Assembly: GCA_964437465.1 (NCBI GenBank)
Contig: CAYTGI010000003.1
Location: 5,731 to 69,730, forward strand
Direction: 5' to 3'
From: an uncultured Candidatus Saccharibacteria bacterium
GTDB lineage: Bacteria; Patescibacteriota; Dojkabacteria; J137
Length of the DNA: 64,000 bases
The notes under the pieces were generated by a model. It was not told the DNA's origin. It made no database searches and saw only the letters and a list, made by a program, of their open reading frames with translations. Within the stretch, counting starts at the first letter, position 1. Each line of letters opens with the position of its first letter. The position numbers and the translations under genes were made by a program. This document shows, one piece after another, positions 38,844 to 47,764 of this stretch.

Positions 38844-39387
38844 TAATTTCTGTAATCTCTTCTTTTAGCGAACTAGTTAATATTTTTATCTCTTCAGTAG
38901 TAAATCTCCCTAGAACATAATCAGATCCAGAGATATTTTTTTTCTCATCTTTTGTCCTGTTATCTATACCTAATCTTAATCTCCAAAATTTAGTTGTGTT
39001 CAATACTTGCTCAATGGAAAGTATTCCGTTATGACCATGTGGTCCTTTTCCAAATTGAAGTTTGCTTTCTCCAATTTCAATATCAAGGTCGTCATGAACA
39101 ACTAATATTTCATCAGGTGTAATAGCAAAATATTTTATCAGCTTATTCACAGTTCTTCCTGAATTATTCATTAAGGTTGTTGGCTTAGCTAGGAGTGTTT
39201 TTTGTTTGTTCATCTGGATTGCAACTAGTTCTGCTTCGAACTTCTTTTCTTCTTTAAAATCAAACTCGCTAAAAAGATCTAAAAATATAAAGCCTGCATT
39301 ATGTCTTGTCTTTCTAAATTTGTCTCCAACGTTACCTAAACCTACAATTAGTCTTATATTCTTGAAATCGAAGTCATTTTGATTCAT
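38827..39387 (-). CDS. pth: Peptidyl-tRNA hydrolase
   Basis: N-terminal Pth signature LIVGLGNVGDKFRKTRHNAGF, and HGHNG. Confidence 0.88.
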   Translation of the reverse strand: MNQNDFDFKNIRLIVGLGNVGDKFRKTRHNAGFIFLDLFSEFDFKEEKKFEAELVAIQMNKQKTLLAKPTTLMNNSGRTVNKLIKYFAITPDEILVVHDDLDIEIGESKLQFGKGPHGHNGILSIEQVLNTTKFWRLRLGIDNRTKDEKKNISGSDYVLGRFTTEEIKILTSSLKEEITEIIDEAR

Positions 39388-39446
39388 TATGTACTATCTT
39401 TAAAACTTATGAATTATATCATTCTTAAACGTTTCTTCGTCAAAAC

Positions 39447-39989
39447 ATGAAATTAGTGTATAATCCTTGGATTTTAGTAAACAGTATGAAGTATTTGATA
39501 ATTCTTGGATTGGTTATATTTTTCTTCTTCTTTTTAATTGAGGGAAGAATCATTGCTCAAGAAGAAGCCGGGTTATTATCTTTAGAAAATAAGGCAGAGG
39601 AAGAAAAGTGTAATGCTATAAAAAATAATCTGCAATTTAGAGCTAGCTACTATAATGTTAATACAGATTTAATTATTTCTGATTATTCTAATCTTTATAG
39701 TTCTTTACTTAAAGCTCGTGATATTTACGATGAGCTAGATTTCTCAACTGTTGAACTAAATAGACATATTCAAAGATTAGAAAGATTTATTGAAGATACT
39801 AGAATTAATAAAGAGGATTTAGTATCAAGTTTAGGCAGTGCTTCAGAGCATGTTTGTGAGGATGAAAGAGCAATGAGAAGAGATATTATTGATGCTAAAG
39901 GTTATTTAAAAGATTTAAAGCAGGAGATTAGTGATTTAAATTCATTCTTATTACTAAAAGTTTCTCCAACTATACAAGATTTTAACTAG
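39447..39989 (+). CDS. Hypothetical membrane-anchored coiled-coil protein
   Basis: N-terminal transmembrane segment followed by a helical region. No motif recognised. Confidence 0.3.
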   Translation: MKLVYNPWILVNSMKYLIILGLVIFFFFFLIEGRIIAQEEAGLLSLENKAEEEKCNAIKNNLQFRASYYNVNTDLIISDYSNLYSSLLKARDIYDELDFSTVELNRHIQRLERFIEDTRINKEDLVSSLGSASEHVCEDERAMRRDIIDAKGYLKDLKQEISDLNSFLLLKVSPTIQDFN

Positions 39990-39994
39990 AAAAA

Positions 39995-40348
39995 ATGAAC
40001 GATTTTTTTAAAAATATTTGGAAAACATTGAGATTAATATTCGTAATCTTACTATTTGTTGTAATTGCTTTGCTTGTTGGTTATTTACTTGGGAATAGGG
40101 CTTTGGATAGAGATAAATTAGAAGATGAGATAAGGACAGATATAGAAAATAGTGTAAGAGATGATCTTGAGGAAGATATTAGGTCTGAGTATGAGGATAG
40201 GCTTGAACAAGCTGAAAAGTTAAGAGAGGAAGAGCTTCAGAATATGATTGATGCATTGTTAGACGATATCGATGCAAGAGTTAATGGTATAGATACTGAG
40301 TCTCAGCTTGAAGAGTTTAATGAGGAGATTGAGTTTGGAATAGAATAG
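39995..40348 (+). CDS. Hypothetical membrane-anchored acidic coiled-coil protein
   Basis: Transmembrane segment plus an E/D-rich helix. Confidence 0.3.
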   Translation: MNDFFKNIWKTLRLIFVILLFVVIALLVGYLLGNRALDRDKLEDEIRTDIENSVRDDLEEDIRSEYEDRLEQAEKLREEELQNMIDALLDDIDARVNGIDTESQLEEFNEEIEFGIE

Positions 40349-40365
40349 CTTCTAATTATATAGTT

Positions 40366-40788
40366 ATGAGTGAGAATTTTGACCTTCCCTATGATTATGA
40401 AATAGGTTGGGATGAAGATCCAGATGTACGTTCAAGAATAAATTTATCTCTTGATATATATTATGTAGATAGAGCAGTTTATATGAATGAAGTTGGAATC
40501 AAAATATTAGAAGATTTCAGAGATAGAGCTTTAGTAACATTATCAACCTTACATCAGACAGGATATCTAGAAAGTGTAGTTATGAGGGCTGGTCAAGAAC
40601 GCCACTACGATTATTTACAAAACTCTTTGATTGATCTCAGGGAATTTATACAAGGCATAAAAAAAGCTGATCAACTTTCTCAAAAAGAAATTGTGAAGAT
40701 AAACTTACTATCTGAGATTTGGATTAAAGTATCTCCATACATTCATAGTTCTCAAGATACAAACTATGAAATATTCTCTCAGAACTAG
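40366..40788 (+). CDS. Hypothetical protein
   Basis: 140-aa ORF with no motif. Confidence 0.3.
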   Translation: MSENFDLPYDYEIGWDEDPDVRSRINLSLDIYYVDRAVYMNEVGIKILEDFRDRALVTLSTLHQTGYLESVVMRAGQERHYDYLQNSLIDLREFIQGIKKADQLSQKEIVKINLLSEIWIKVSPYIHSSQDTNYEIFSQN

Positions 40789-40838
40789 TTGTCATTAAAT
40801 GGTAACATTGGTATAATCCCACAATTAATTTCTTTCTA

Positions 40839-41255
40839 ATGAGCGAAATACCACAAGGTCCTGTGTATGATGAAAGTAGAAAAGCAGTGCAATCAAGAAT
40901 AGAAAGAGCAAAGCATTACTATGCTAGCAATATAGATACTACTCCATCATTTTATTATGATCAATTAAGAACTTTAGGAGATATAGTTGAAGTTATTGAA
41001 GATTACAGAACCCACATTGATGATGCGTACTATGATGGCTTAATAAATATTAATATTAATGAGTTTTGGGAAAGAATTAAATCTCCTATTATTCAGTCAA
41101 TTAGGGCAAAAGGAATGCAAATAGATTTATCAGATTACCATAATAAAGAAATTATAATGCTGGTATCTTTAGATGTAAATGAGATTATAAGATGTTTTCC
41201 AGATCTTTTTCCATTTGAATTAACTAATATTTCTCCAAATAGTGATAAGAATTAA
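40839..41255 (+). CDS. Hypothetical protein
   Basis: 138-aa ORF with no motif. Confidence 0.3.
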   Translation: MSEIPQGPVYDESRKAVQSRIERAKHYYASNIDTTPSFYYDQLRTLGDIVEVIEDYRTHIDDAYYDGLINININEFWERIKSPIIQSIRAKGMQIDLSDYHNKEIIMLVSLDVNEIIRCFPDLFPFELTNISPNSDKN

Positions 41256-42340
41256 CTTAGTGGATGGTTCTCACGGTGGGCTTCTTCTGCAAATTTATCC
41301 GATGCATGAACGTATCTTGAAGTTGTTTGAAGACTAGAGTGACCTAGAAGTCTTTGGATTGCTGCTGGATTAGCCCCTTCTTCTGCTAAATACGTTGCGA
41401 AACCATGTCTTAGACTGTGCGCGCTTGTTGGAACAATTATTCCTAATTTTCTTCGATAGTCAGCTATTTTCATCTGTATATAGTTTTGTGAAAGTCGAAC
41501 TATATATGGATTCTCTGTAGCTTTTCTTGTTCCTTTTGTTGGAATAAACATTGCTGGGAATTCGTCCGTTCTAAATTTTAAGTATTCATTCATAAAGTGA
41601 ATTGCCCGCTCTGTTAAATAGACAAACCTTTGTTTTTTTCCTTTACCCATTACATAAATTTTATTATCAGCTAGTTGATTATTCTCAATTCTAATCATGT
41701 CTCGATCTAGAGAAGCTACCTCTGAAATTCTCATTCCAGTTGAGAAAATTAATTCTAAAATTGATCTATTTCTAGCAGCAACAACTGGATCATTTTCAAC
41801 TTCACTAGGGTACTCTAAAAGCTTTATTAATTCATCAAGCTCAGCTACCTGTTTTTCTTTTTTTTCAGCTTTAATCATTTTTACTGCATTCGCAGGGATC
41901 GGAGGTTCTTTGTCGATATCTTCTAGAAATGTTAAGTATCTACGAAGGGCAGATAACATTCGATTAACTGAGCTATCTGAAAGCTGACCTTTATATAAAG
42001 CCTTTTTCTTCTCGGAAATCTCCGATCTACTCTTTTCTATTATCTCCTTAGTTAATTCTTCTCCTTTTTGAAATGCATGAAGAATTGGAATATAGTTTTG
42101 ATCTCTTAAGAATCCCTTGTATTCAATAATATCTATTTTAGAAAGTTTCTCGAAAGAAGTTTCAATGTAGTATAAAAACGAAGAAAAGATCTCCAAATCT
42201 CGAGAGTAATTGTCTAATGTTTGTTTTGAATAATTATCATTTTTTAAACTCAAGATAAACTCTCGCATGAGAGGTAACGCATAAGGACTTAAAGTCTTTC
42301 TCGAATTTATATCTTTTACTCTATCTACCGCATCTTTCAT
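41252..42340 (-). CDS. Tyrosine site-specific recombinase/integrase (XerC/D-like)
   Basis: C-terminal catalytic box HSLRHGFATYLAEEGANPAAIQRLLGHSSLQTTSRYVH (R..HxxR..Y) and N-terminal core-binding domain. Confidence 0.85.
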   Translation of the reverse strand: MKDAVDRVKDINSRKTLSPYALPLMREFILSLKNDNYSKQTLDNYSRDLEIFSSFLYYIETSFEKLSKIDIIEYKGFLRDQNYIPILHAFQKGEELTKEIIEKSRSEISEKKKALYKGQLSDSSVNRMLSALRRYLTFLEDIDKEPPIPANAVKMIKAEKKEKQVAELDELIKLLEYPSEVENDPVVAARNRSILELIFSTGMRISEVASLDRDMIRIENNQLADNKIYVMGKGKKQRFVYLTERAIHFMNEYLKFRTDEFPAMFIPTKGTRKATENPYIVRLSQNYIQMKIADYRRKLGIIVPTSAHSLRHGFATYLAEEGANPAAIQRLLGHSSLQTTSRYVHASDKFAEEAHRENHPLS

Positions 42341-42364
42341 ACATTAGTATAGAGGTTTGGTGAG

Positions 42365-42370
42365 TATAAT
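42365..42370 (+). promoter_or_regulatory. Candidate -10 element (TATAAT) reading into the GC-rich structured region
   Basis: Perfect TATAAT hexamer just 5' of the structured segment. Such hexamers also occur by chance in AT-rich DNA. Confidence 0.25.
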
Positions 42371-42841
42371 GGCAAGGAGCAAGTGTTCACGTAGGTATGT
42401 ACACATGTATGCATGTAGGCGTGTACTCACGGATTTCCCCTTCTAGCAGGAGGGGTTAGGGGAGGTAGAATGTCGAGGTCTACCCCACCTTAATCCTCCC
42501 CTGCTAGGTGAGGAAATTATTTAATAAGACTAATTACTAAAAACTAACAACTAAATTTACTCAAGTACTGAGGTACCAAGGTACAAAAAAGATTAAAGAC
42601 AGAAGAAGAAAGATACCAGATTACAGAATTCAGATATTAGATACCAGATTGGATAGATCAGGCTACTAAGTTACTAGCCAAAAAAACTAAAAGCTAGCAG
42701 CTAATAGCTAATAGTTAATACCTAATCACCCAACTTCCTAATTCTAAACTTAATCTTAAAAATATAAGTTCATCACTAATAACTCGCTACTCACAACTAT
42801 TATCTTTCATAATGTATAATCAATTTAATTAACAAAAATAT

Positions 42842-43237
42842 ATGGAAGAAAATAATGACATTCAAAACGAAGTATCTACAGCTTCATCTCCAGATGTAGA
42901 AACAACTCCCGAATCTAAGTCAAAAGGTATTCTCTTTAGATCTTGGGCTTTAATTGCAGCTGGTATCGGGGTTTTAGTTGCAGCGCTTGGGACTTTTTTA
43001 AAATTTTTTATGAAGCTATCTTTTGTAGGAAAGTTCATTTTCATAACAATTTTAATTTTATTTTCTAGCTTTTTCTATGTTTTTGGTTATCGAACAGGAG
43101 TGGAAAATGGAAAATCTGAAGTTGAACAAGAAGTTTTAGAAATTACTAACTATGAAGTAGATGAGCTTGATGAATTAATGAATCAAATTGATCAGTTAAG
43201 AAATACTTTGGATACACTAAGAGAGATAAATGAATAA
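42842..43237 (+). CDS. Hypothetical membrane protein
   Basis: Two transmembrane helices and a C-terminal coiled coil. Overlaps glyA by 8 bp. Confidence 0.35.
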   Translation: MEENNDIQNEVSTASSPDVETTPESKSKGILFRSWALIAAGIGVLVAALGTFLKFFMKLSFVGKFIFITILILFSSFFYVFGYRTGVENGKSEVEQEVLEITNYEVDELDELMNQIDQLRNTLDTLREINE

Positions 43238-44606
43238 AAAGATAAAAGAGATAATAAAAAATGAGTACGATAGACAACACTCTACTTTAGGGATGATTCC
43301 ATCGGAAAACTACTCTTCTAAGTCTGTTAGAGAAGCTGTTGGTTCGGTTTTAATGCATAAATATTCTGAAGGTTATCCAAATGCTAGATACTATGAAGGG
43401 AATAGTGTTGTTGACGAATTAGAAGATTTAGCTCGAGAAATGGTTTTAAAGGTTATGCTTAAACATGATAAACCTGAAATTAAAGATGACTGGCACGCGA
43501 ACGTTCAAGTTCTTTCAGGAAGTTCAGCTAATTTAGCAGTTTATAACTCTGTTCTAAAGCCGGGGGATAAGATTATGAGTATGTATCTTCCGGACGGAGG
43601 ACATCTATCTCACGGTTGGAGCTATAACACCAAAGGTGCAAATTCTAAATCACAAAATATCAATTCTAAAATAACAGGTGATCTTGCATATTTAGGAGGA
43701 AATAAAAAAGTAAATTTTACTTCTAAAATCTTTGAAGTTTTACAGTATAAAACAGATCCGAAAACTGGATTATTTAACTACGATGAAATTGAAAAGCTAG
43801 CTTTAGAGTTTAAACCTAAATACATAATTACAGGTGGAACTTCTTATCCTAGGGATATTGATTATAAAAGAATGAGAGAAATTGCGGATAAAGTTGAAGC
43901 TTATTATCATGCGGATGTCGCCCATGAAGCTGGACTTATAGCCGGAGGAGCTGTTCCTTCACCTTTTGAATTCGCCGACTTTGTTACTTTTACTACTCAT
44001 AAAACACTTAGAGGACCTAAAGGAGCAGTTGCAATGTCTAGGAAGAAATATGCTAAGAAGCTAGATAGATCAGTTTTTCCAGGTCTTCAAGGAGGGCCAT
44101 TTAATCATCAAATTGCTGGGATTACTCAGGCTTTGTTTGAAGCTGATACTAAAGAGTTTGAAGGGTACGCCAAACAAGTTGTTAAAAACGCAAAGGTGCT
44201 TGCTGAAGAGTTAATGAATTATGATTTTAATGTAATTAGTAAAGGAACGGACAAACACTTAGTTTTAATTGAAGTACTCTCTAAAGGTATTCCTGGATCA
44301 CTATTCGCAAGAGCTTTAGCTTTAGTTGGAATAATCGCAAATAAAAATACTGTACCTTACGAAAAAGGAAGTCCTGCTAACCCATCCGGAGTTAGATTCG
44401 GGACTCCAATATTAACTACAAGAGGTATGAAAGAAGATGTAATAAAAGAGGTAGCAGCAATTATTAAAGATACTTTTGAAGTATGTTTAGAGCATGTTGA
44501 AGAATACGAAGATGACTTTGAAAAAACATTTTTAGAAGATGAGGAAACTGTTCTTCTTCAAAAAAGGGTTAGTTCGTTAGCAAATAAGTATAAACTTCCA
44601 GAATAA
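43230..44606 (+). CDS. glyA: Serine hydroxymethyltransferase
   Basis: Motifs LGMIPSENYSSKSVREAVGSVLMHKYSEGYP, the PLP-lysine region TTHKTLRGPKG, and SGVRFGTP. Carries a ~30-aa insertion (WSYNTKGANSKSQ...). Confidence 0.9.
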   Translation: MNKKIKEIIKNEYDRQHSTLGMIPSENYSSKSVREAVGSVLMHKYSEGYPNARYYEGNSVVDELEDLAREMVLKVMLKHDKPEIKDDWHANVQVLSGSSANLAVYNSVLKPGDKIMSMYLPDGGHLSHGWSYNTKGANSKSQNINSKITGDLAYLGGNKKVNFTSKIFEVLQYKTDPKTGLFNYDEIEKLALEFKPKYIITGGTSYPRDIDYKRMREIADKVEAYYHADVAHEAGLIAGGAVPSPFEFADFVTFTTHKTLRGPKGAVAMSRKKYAKKLDRSVFPGLQGGPFNHQIAGITQALFEADTKEFEGYAKQVVKNAKVLAEELMNYDFNVISKGTDKHLVLIEVLSKGIPGSLFARALALVGIIANKNTVPYEKGSPANPSGVRFGTPILTTRGMKEDVIKEVAAIIKDTFEVCLEHVEEYEDDFEKTFLEDEETVLLQKRVSSLANKYKLPE

Positions 44607-44643
44607 AATACTTAATAGTTAGCAATTAATAATTAACTAAAGA

Positions 44644-45147
44644 ATGGATACTAATGATTTGCTAAAACGAGTTAAATATATTGCATTGCAATGTAGGAGT
44701 TTAATAAATCATACTTTTAAGGATGATTATCCATCTTCAGGAAATATCGGTATATTTTCTCAAAGTTATTTAGAATTTGCATCTTTAAAAAACATATCAC
44801 AAAAACTTACAAATCCAAACAGTAATCCTAAACACAAGTATTTTGAATTAATAGACCCTATACTAGTTGGTAATGATACATTTACTCATCTGTACGTAAG
44901 GAAATATGATGATAGTGATTATGGGAAAAATAAAGGTGATGTTGATTATTTAGTTGATTTAGAAAAATATGTCCATCTAAAAGAAGCAGTTATAAAAGGT
45001 GGGTTTAAGAATGCTTTAATGTATAAAAGACCAGGTTGGGATACGATTCAGATTTCGAACAAAGGTTATGATGTTATCTCTTACTTATCAACTAAAGAAA
45101 TGGCAGAAAAAGTTAGAGTTAAGTTTGATTCTAAGACGGATCTGTAA
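44644..45147 (+). CDS. Hypothetical protein
   Basis: 167-aa ORF with no motif. Confidence 0.3.
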   Translation: MDTNDLLKRVKYIALQCRSLINHTFKDDYPSSGNIGIFSQSYLEFASLKNISQKLTNPNSNPKHKYFELIDPILVGNDTFTHLYVRKYDDSDYGKNKGDVDYLVDLEKYVHLKEAVIKGGFKNALMYKRPGWDTIQISNKGYDVISYLSTKEMAEKVRVKFDSKTDL

Positions 45148-45217
45148 TTCCTATAATGTCTTAAACAACTTTGGAACCTTCTACCTTTGGAACTTTTTAA
45201 CATTGAAACCTTCGGGC

Positions 45218-46114
45218 CTAATACTCAAAGTTACTCGATAACCTAACAACATTTCTCAATAAACATGCAACCGTAAGTGGACCGACTCCTCCAGGGACTG
45301 GTGTAATCCAAGAAGCTTTTTCTTCAAGCTCGTGAGACCAGATAAAATCACCTTTATATTGATCTTCTTTTTTCTCACTAGTAACATCAATTAGAATTGC
45401 CCCATTTTTAATCATTGTATGATCGATTAAATCTGTTTTTCCGGTTGCTGAAACAATGATATCTGCTTTAGTTGTAAACTCATGAAGATTTTCTGTATTT
45501 TTATTTGCTATAGTTACAGTCCCTCCTAGAGAGCTTAGAATCTGAGCTAAGGGTTTTCCAATTAAATTTGAGTTGTTTATAATAACAATATTCTTACCTA
45601 ATAGACTTTTTATTTTAAAGCTTCCTTCTGTTAAGGCTGACCAGGTTAAATTTTCTTCAATACATACATTTAAACATTCTAAAACAGCTTCAACGGTTGC
45701 TGGTGGTATTGATCCATTTAGTAAATAAGAGCTACTTCCTTGATTTAAAGCAGTTAATCCGTCTGCATCTTTTTCAGGTACTAGTGCGTTAAGAAACTCA
45801 TTTGCATACCCATTAAGATTATCGTAAAGAGGTAATTGAATTAGCGCTCCATTCACACCGACATTGTGTCTTAGCCTATTTATCTCATGCATAAATGCTT
45901 CCTTAGTTATATCATCAGGAAATTCATAAAGCCTAGGTTCAATTCCAACCTCTTTTGCTCTTTTCATTTTGAGCTTAACGAACATTCTGCTAGCTGGATC
46001 ATTTGAAGCAAGAAAAATTACTAATCGAGGTGTTCTACCAAGTATCTGGATGTTCTCTCTTATACCATTAAGAATATTATCTGCAATCTCTTTACCGTTT
46101 ATATAATTAGCCAT
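45218..46114 (-). CDS. folD: Bifunctional 5,10-methylene-THF dehydrogenase/cyclohydrolase
   Basis: N-terminal MANYINGKEIA and C-terminal PVPGGVGPLTVACLLRNV motifs. Size is 298 aa. Confidence 0.85.
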   Translation of the reverse strand: MANYINGKEIADNILNGIRENIQILGRTPRLVIFLASNDPASRMFVKLKMKRAKEVGIEPRLYEFPDDITKEAFMHEINRLRHNVGVNGALIQLPLYDNLNGYANEFLNALVPEKDADGLTALNQGSSSYLLNGSIPPATVEAVLECLNVCIEENLTWSALTEGSFKIKSLLGKNIVIINNSNLIGKPLAQILSSLGGTVTIANKNTENLHEFTTKADIIVSATGKTDLIDHTMIKNGAILIDVTSEKKEDQYKGDFIWSHELEEKASWITPVPGGVGPLTVACLLRNVVRLSSNFEY

Positions 46115-46132
46115 AAACCAATTCTACCACTC

Positions 46133-47062
46133 CTAGAGAATATTGTAATCTTTAGGGTTTCCTAATATGTTATCCCTAGTATCTTTTACAATTGTCTCTA
46201 CAGATTCTTTTGTTAAAAATGCAATATGCTTTGTTTGAATTACGTTATCTCTTAACAGTCTAGAATCAAACATATCGTCACAATCTCCAGAGTCCCACAC
46301 ATCAACTCCAAGCCCAGAAAGAATCCCTTCATCTAAAGCTTTAATTGTATCATCAGAATTAAGTATGTCTCCTCGCGCAGTATTAATAAGATAGTTTGGT
46401 TTAAACCTCATTTTACTGATTAAGTCATAATTTACAGAGTGTTTAGTATGCTCATTTAATGGAGCGTGTATTGAAACAAATTGAGATCTATCAAAAAGTT
46501 CTTCAAGAGAGTTCACCCTCTCTATTCCATCGTAAAATTGAACAACAGGATCAAAATAGATTACATACATTCCAAAACCTTTAGCAATTTCGGAGAAATG
46601 TTGACCGATCTTTCCTAATCCATAAATACCTATTGCTCTACCATGAAGAGCTGTACCCATAGATTCTTTTGTACGGTGATTTTCATAGTTCTTATGCTTT
46701 TTTATTTCTACTGGTATTTTACGAACTGTAGCTAGAAGTAATGTGAAAGCAAATTCTGCAATTGACTCTGGGGAGTATCTAGCAACTCTAAAAACTTCAA
46801 ATCCAATCTCTTTAGCTAAATCCACATTTACATTATTAAAACCGGCTGTTCTTAACGCTAACTTTCTAGTTCCTGAATCATACAGCTTTGGAAGGTCTGA
46901 ATCTGGAATTGTACAGTCAGTGAATATTGAAATAGCATAGTAACCTTGTGACTTTTCTAAAGTGTAAAGATCAGTAGTAAATTCAGCTTCAGGTATATTA
47001 ATTCTTTCAGTTTCAACTATCTCTTGTTCAAAATCTTGCCATTCAAAAAAAATAGATCTCAT
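46133..47062 (-). CDS. D-isomer-specific 2-hydroxyacid dehydrogenase (LdhA/SerA-like)
   Basis: NAD fold GIYGLGKIGQHFSEIAKGFGMYVIYFDP and catalytic region NTARGDI, ...H. Confidence 0.7.
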   Translation of the reverse strand: MRSIFFEWQDFEQEIVETERINIPEAEFTTDLYTLEKSQGYYAISIFTDCTIPDSDLPKLYDSGTRKLALRTAGFNNVNVDLAKEIGFEVFRVARYSPESIAEFAFTLLLATVRKIPVEIKKHKNYENHRTKESMGTALHGRAIGIYGLGKIGQHFSEIAKGFGMYVIYFDPVVQFYDGIERVNSLEELFDRSQFVSIHAPLNEHTKHSVNYDLISKMRFKPNYLINTARGDILNSDDTIKALDEGILSGLGVDVWDSGDCDDMFDSRLLRDNVIQTKHIAFLTKESVETIVKDTRDNILGNPKDYNIL

Positions 47063-47439
47063 TTTCTCTTCTTTTTAAGTTTAATTATGAATCTAAAGAA
47101 TATAAGTAGGCCTATTGTTGCAAAAAAGAAAATATGTTTAAGTAATTGATTTATGTCGACAATCGGCTCGAATTCTGATTTCCCATCATTCATCTTAATA
47201 AAACCAATAGGTTTAATACTTGAACTAATTCCATATCCTCCACCTTCTCCTTCAGCATCATCTCCAAGCTCATTTTTTCCTGTGCCCTTACCAATTCCTC
47301 CTCCTCCAGAATAAGAAACTTTTGAAACAGGAATGATTGTAGAACCATTCTTTTCTATTGGATCTCCGTAGACAGTTTTTGTATCAGAAGTTGACTCAAC
47401 TAAATTTTTAATTTGTTGTATTAAATCTTTTAGTTCCAC
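47059..47439 (-). CDS. GerW/YtfJ-like protein with Gly-rich loop and C-terminal transmembrane anchor
   Basis: Segment YGDPIEKNGSTIIPVSKVSYSGGGGIGKG...GGGYG...IKPIGFIKMNDG resembles the GerW/YtfJ family core. Assignment is from memory of that family. Confidence 0.4.
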   Translation of the reverse strand: MELKDLIQQIKNLVESTSDTKTVYGDPIEKNGSTIIPVSKVSYSGGGGIGKGTGKNELGDDAEGEGGGYGISSSIKPIGFIKMNDGKSEFEPIVDINQLLKHIFFFATIGLLIFFRFIIKLKKKRK

Positions 47440-47501
47440 AAACTAGTATATTTAAATCTAGAACTAAAGTCCAACTATCTTTTCTGTAGATCAAAGAATC
47501 A

Positions 47502-47507
47502 TATAAT
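47502..47507 (+). promoter_or_regulatory. Candidate -10 element upstream of the tRNA-Arg/tRNA-Lys cluster
   Basis: TATAAT lies 34 bp upstream of the tRNA-Arg 5' end. The -35 is weak. Confidence 0.3.
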
Positions 47508-47540
47508 GTTAAAATAGCAAAGCAAATTTTGGATTGATGA

Positions 47541-47614
47541 GCGCCAGTAGCTCAGCTGGATAGAGCAACTGCCTTCTAAGCAGTAGGTCCCAGGTTCGAA
47601 TCCTGGCTGGCGTA
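47541..47614 (+). tRNA. tRNA-Arg (TCT)
   Basis: Cloverleaf GCGCCAG/GCTC-AGCTGGATA-GAGC/ACTGC-CTTCTAA-GCAGT/CCAGG-TTCGAAT-CCTGG/CTGGCGT-A. Confidence 0.85.
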
Positions 47615-47649
47615 TGAAAGTAAATTAAAAATTCAAAAGGTTATAATTC

Positions 47650-47670
47650 AAATCTAGTTGGTCCTATAGC
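47650..47670 (+). pseudogene. tRNA 5'-fragment (acceptor + D-arm-like, GGTCCTATAGCTCAACCGGTA) immediately upstream of tRNA-Lys
   Basis: 21 nt closely matching the 5' part of the adjacent tRNA (GGGCTGATAGCTCAATCGGTAGAGC). No anticodon arm, T-arm or 3' half follows. Confidence 0.5.
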
Positions 47671-47681
47671 TCAACCGGTAT

Positions 47682-47764
47682 CCCGAAGAATGGGCTGATA
47701 GCTCAATCGGTAGAGCAGTTGCCTCTTAAGCAATTGGTTCTGGGTTCGAGTCCCAGTCAGCTCA
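47682..47764 (+). tRNA. tRNA-Lys (CTT)
   Basis: Cloverleaf GGGCTGA/GCTC-AATCGGTA-GAGC/GTTGC-CTCTTAA-GCAAT/CTGGG-TTCGAGT-CCCAG/TCAGCTC-A. Flanked by the 11-bp inverted repeat tcccgaagaat/attcttcggga. Confidence 0.8.

Noticed and set aside
42372-42520. tmRNA, RNase P RNA, SRP RNA or 6S RNA identity for the GC-rich structured segment
   Set aside because: None of the conserved sequence blocks of these RNAs that I can recall (tmRNA tRNA-like ends, RNase P GNRA/P4 motifs, SRP domain IV) are present. It is left as an unassigned structured element.
42530-42840. Low-complexity ctaa/agctaat repetitive tract considered as a CRISPR-like or tandem-repeat array
   Set aside because: There are no regularly spaced identical direct repeats with unique spacers, only degenerate simple-sequence repeats. 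No cas genes are nearby.
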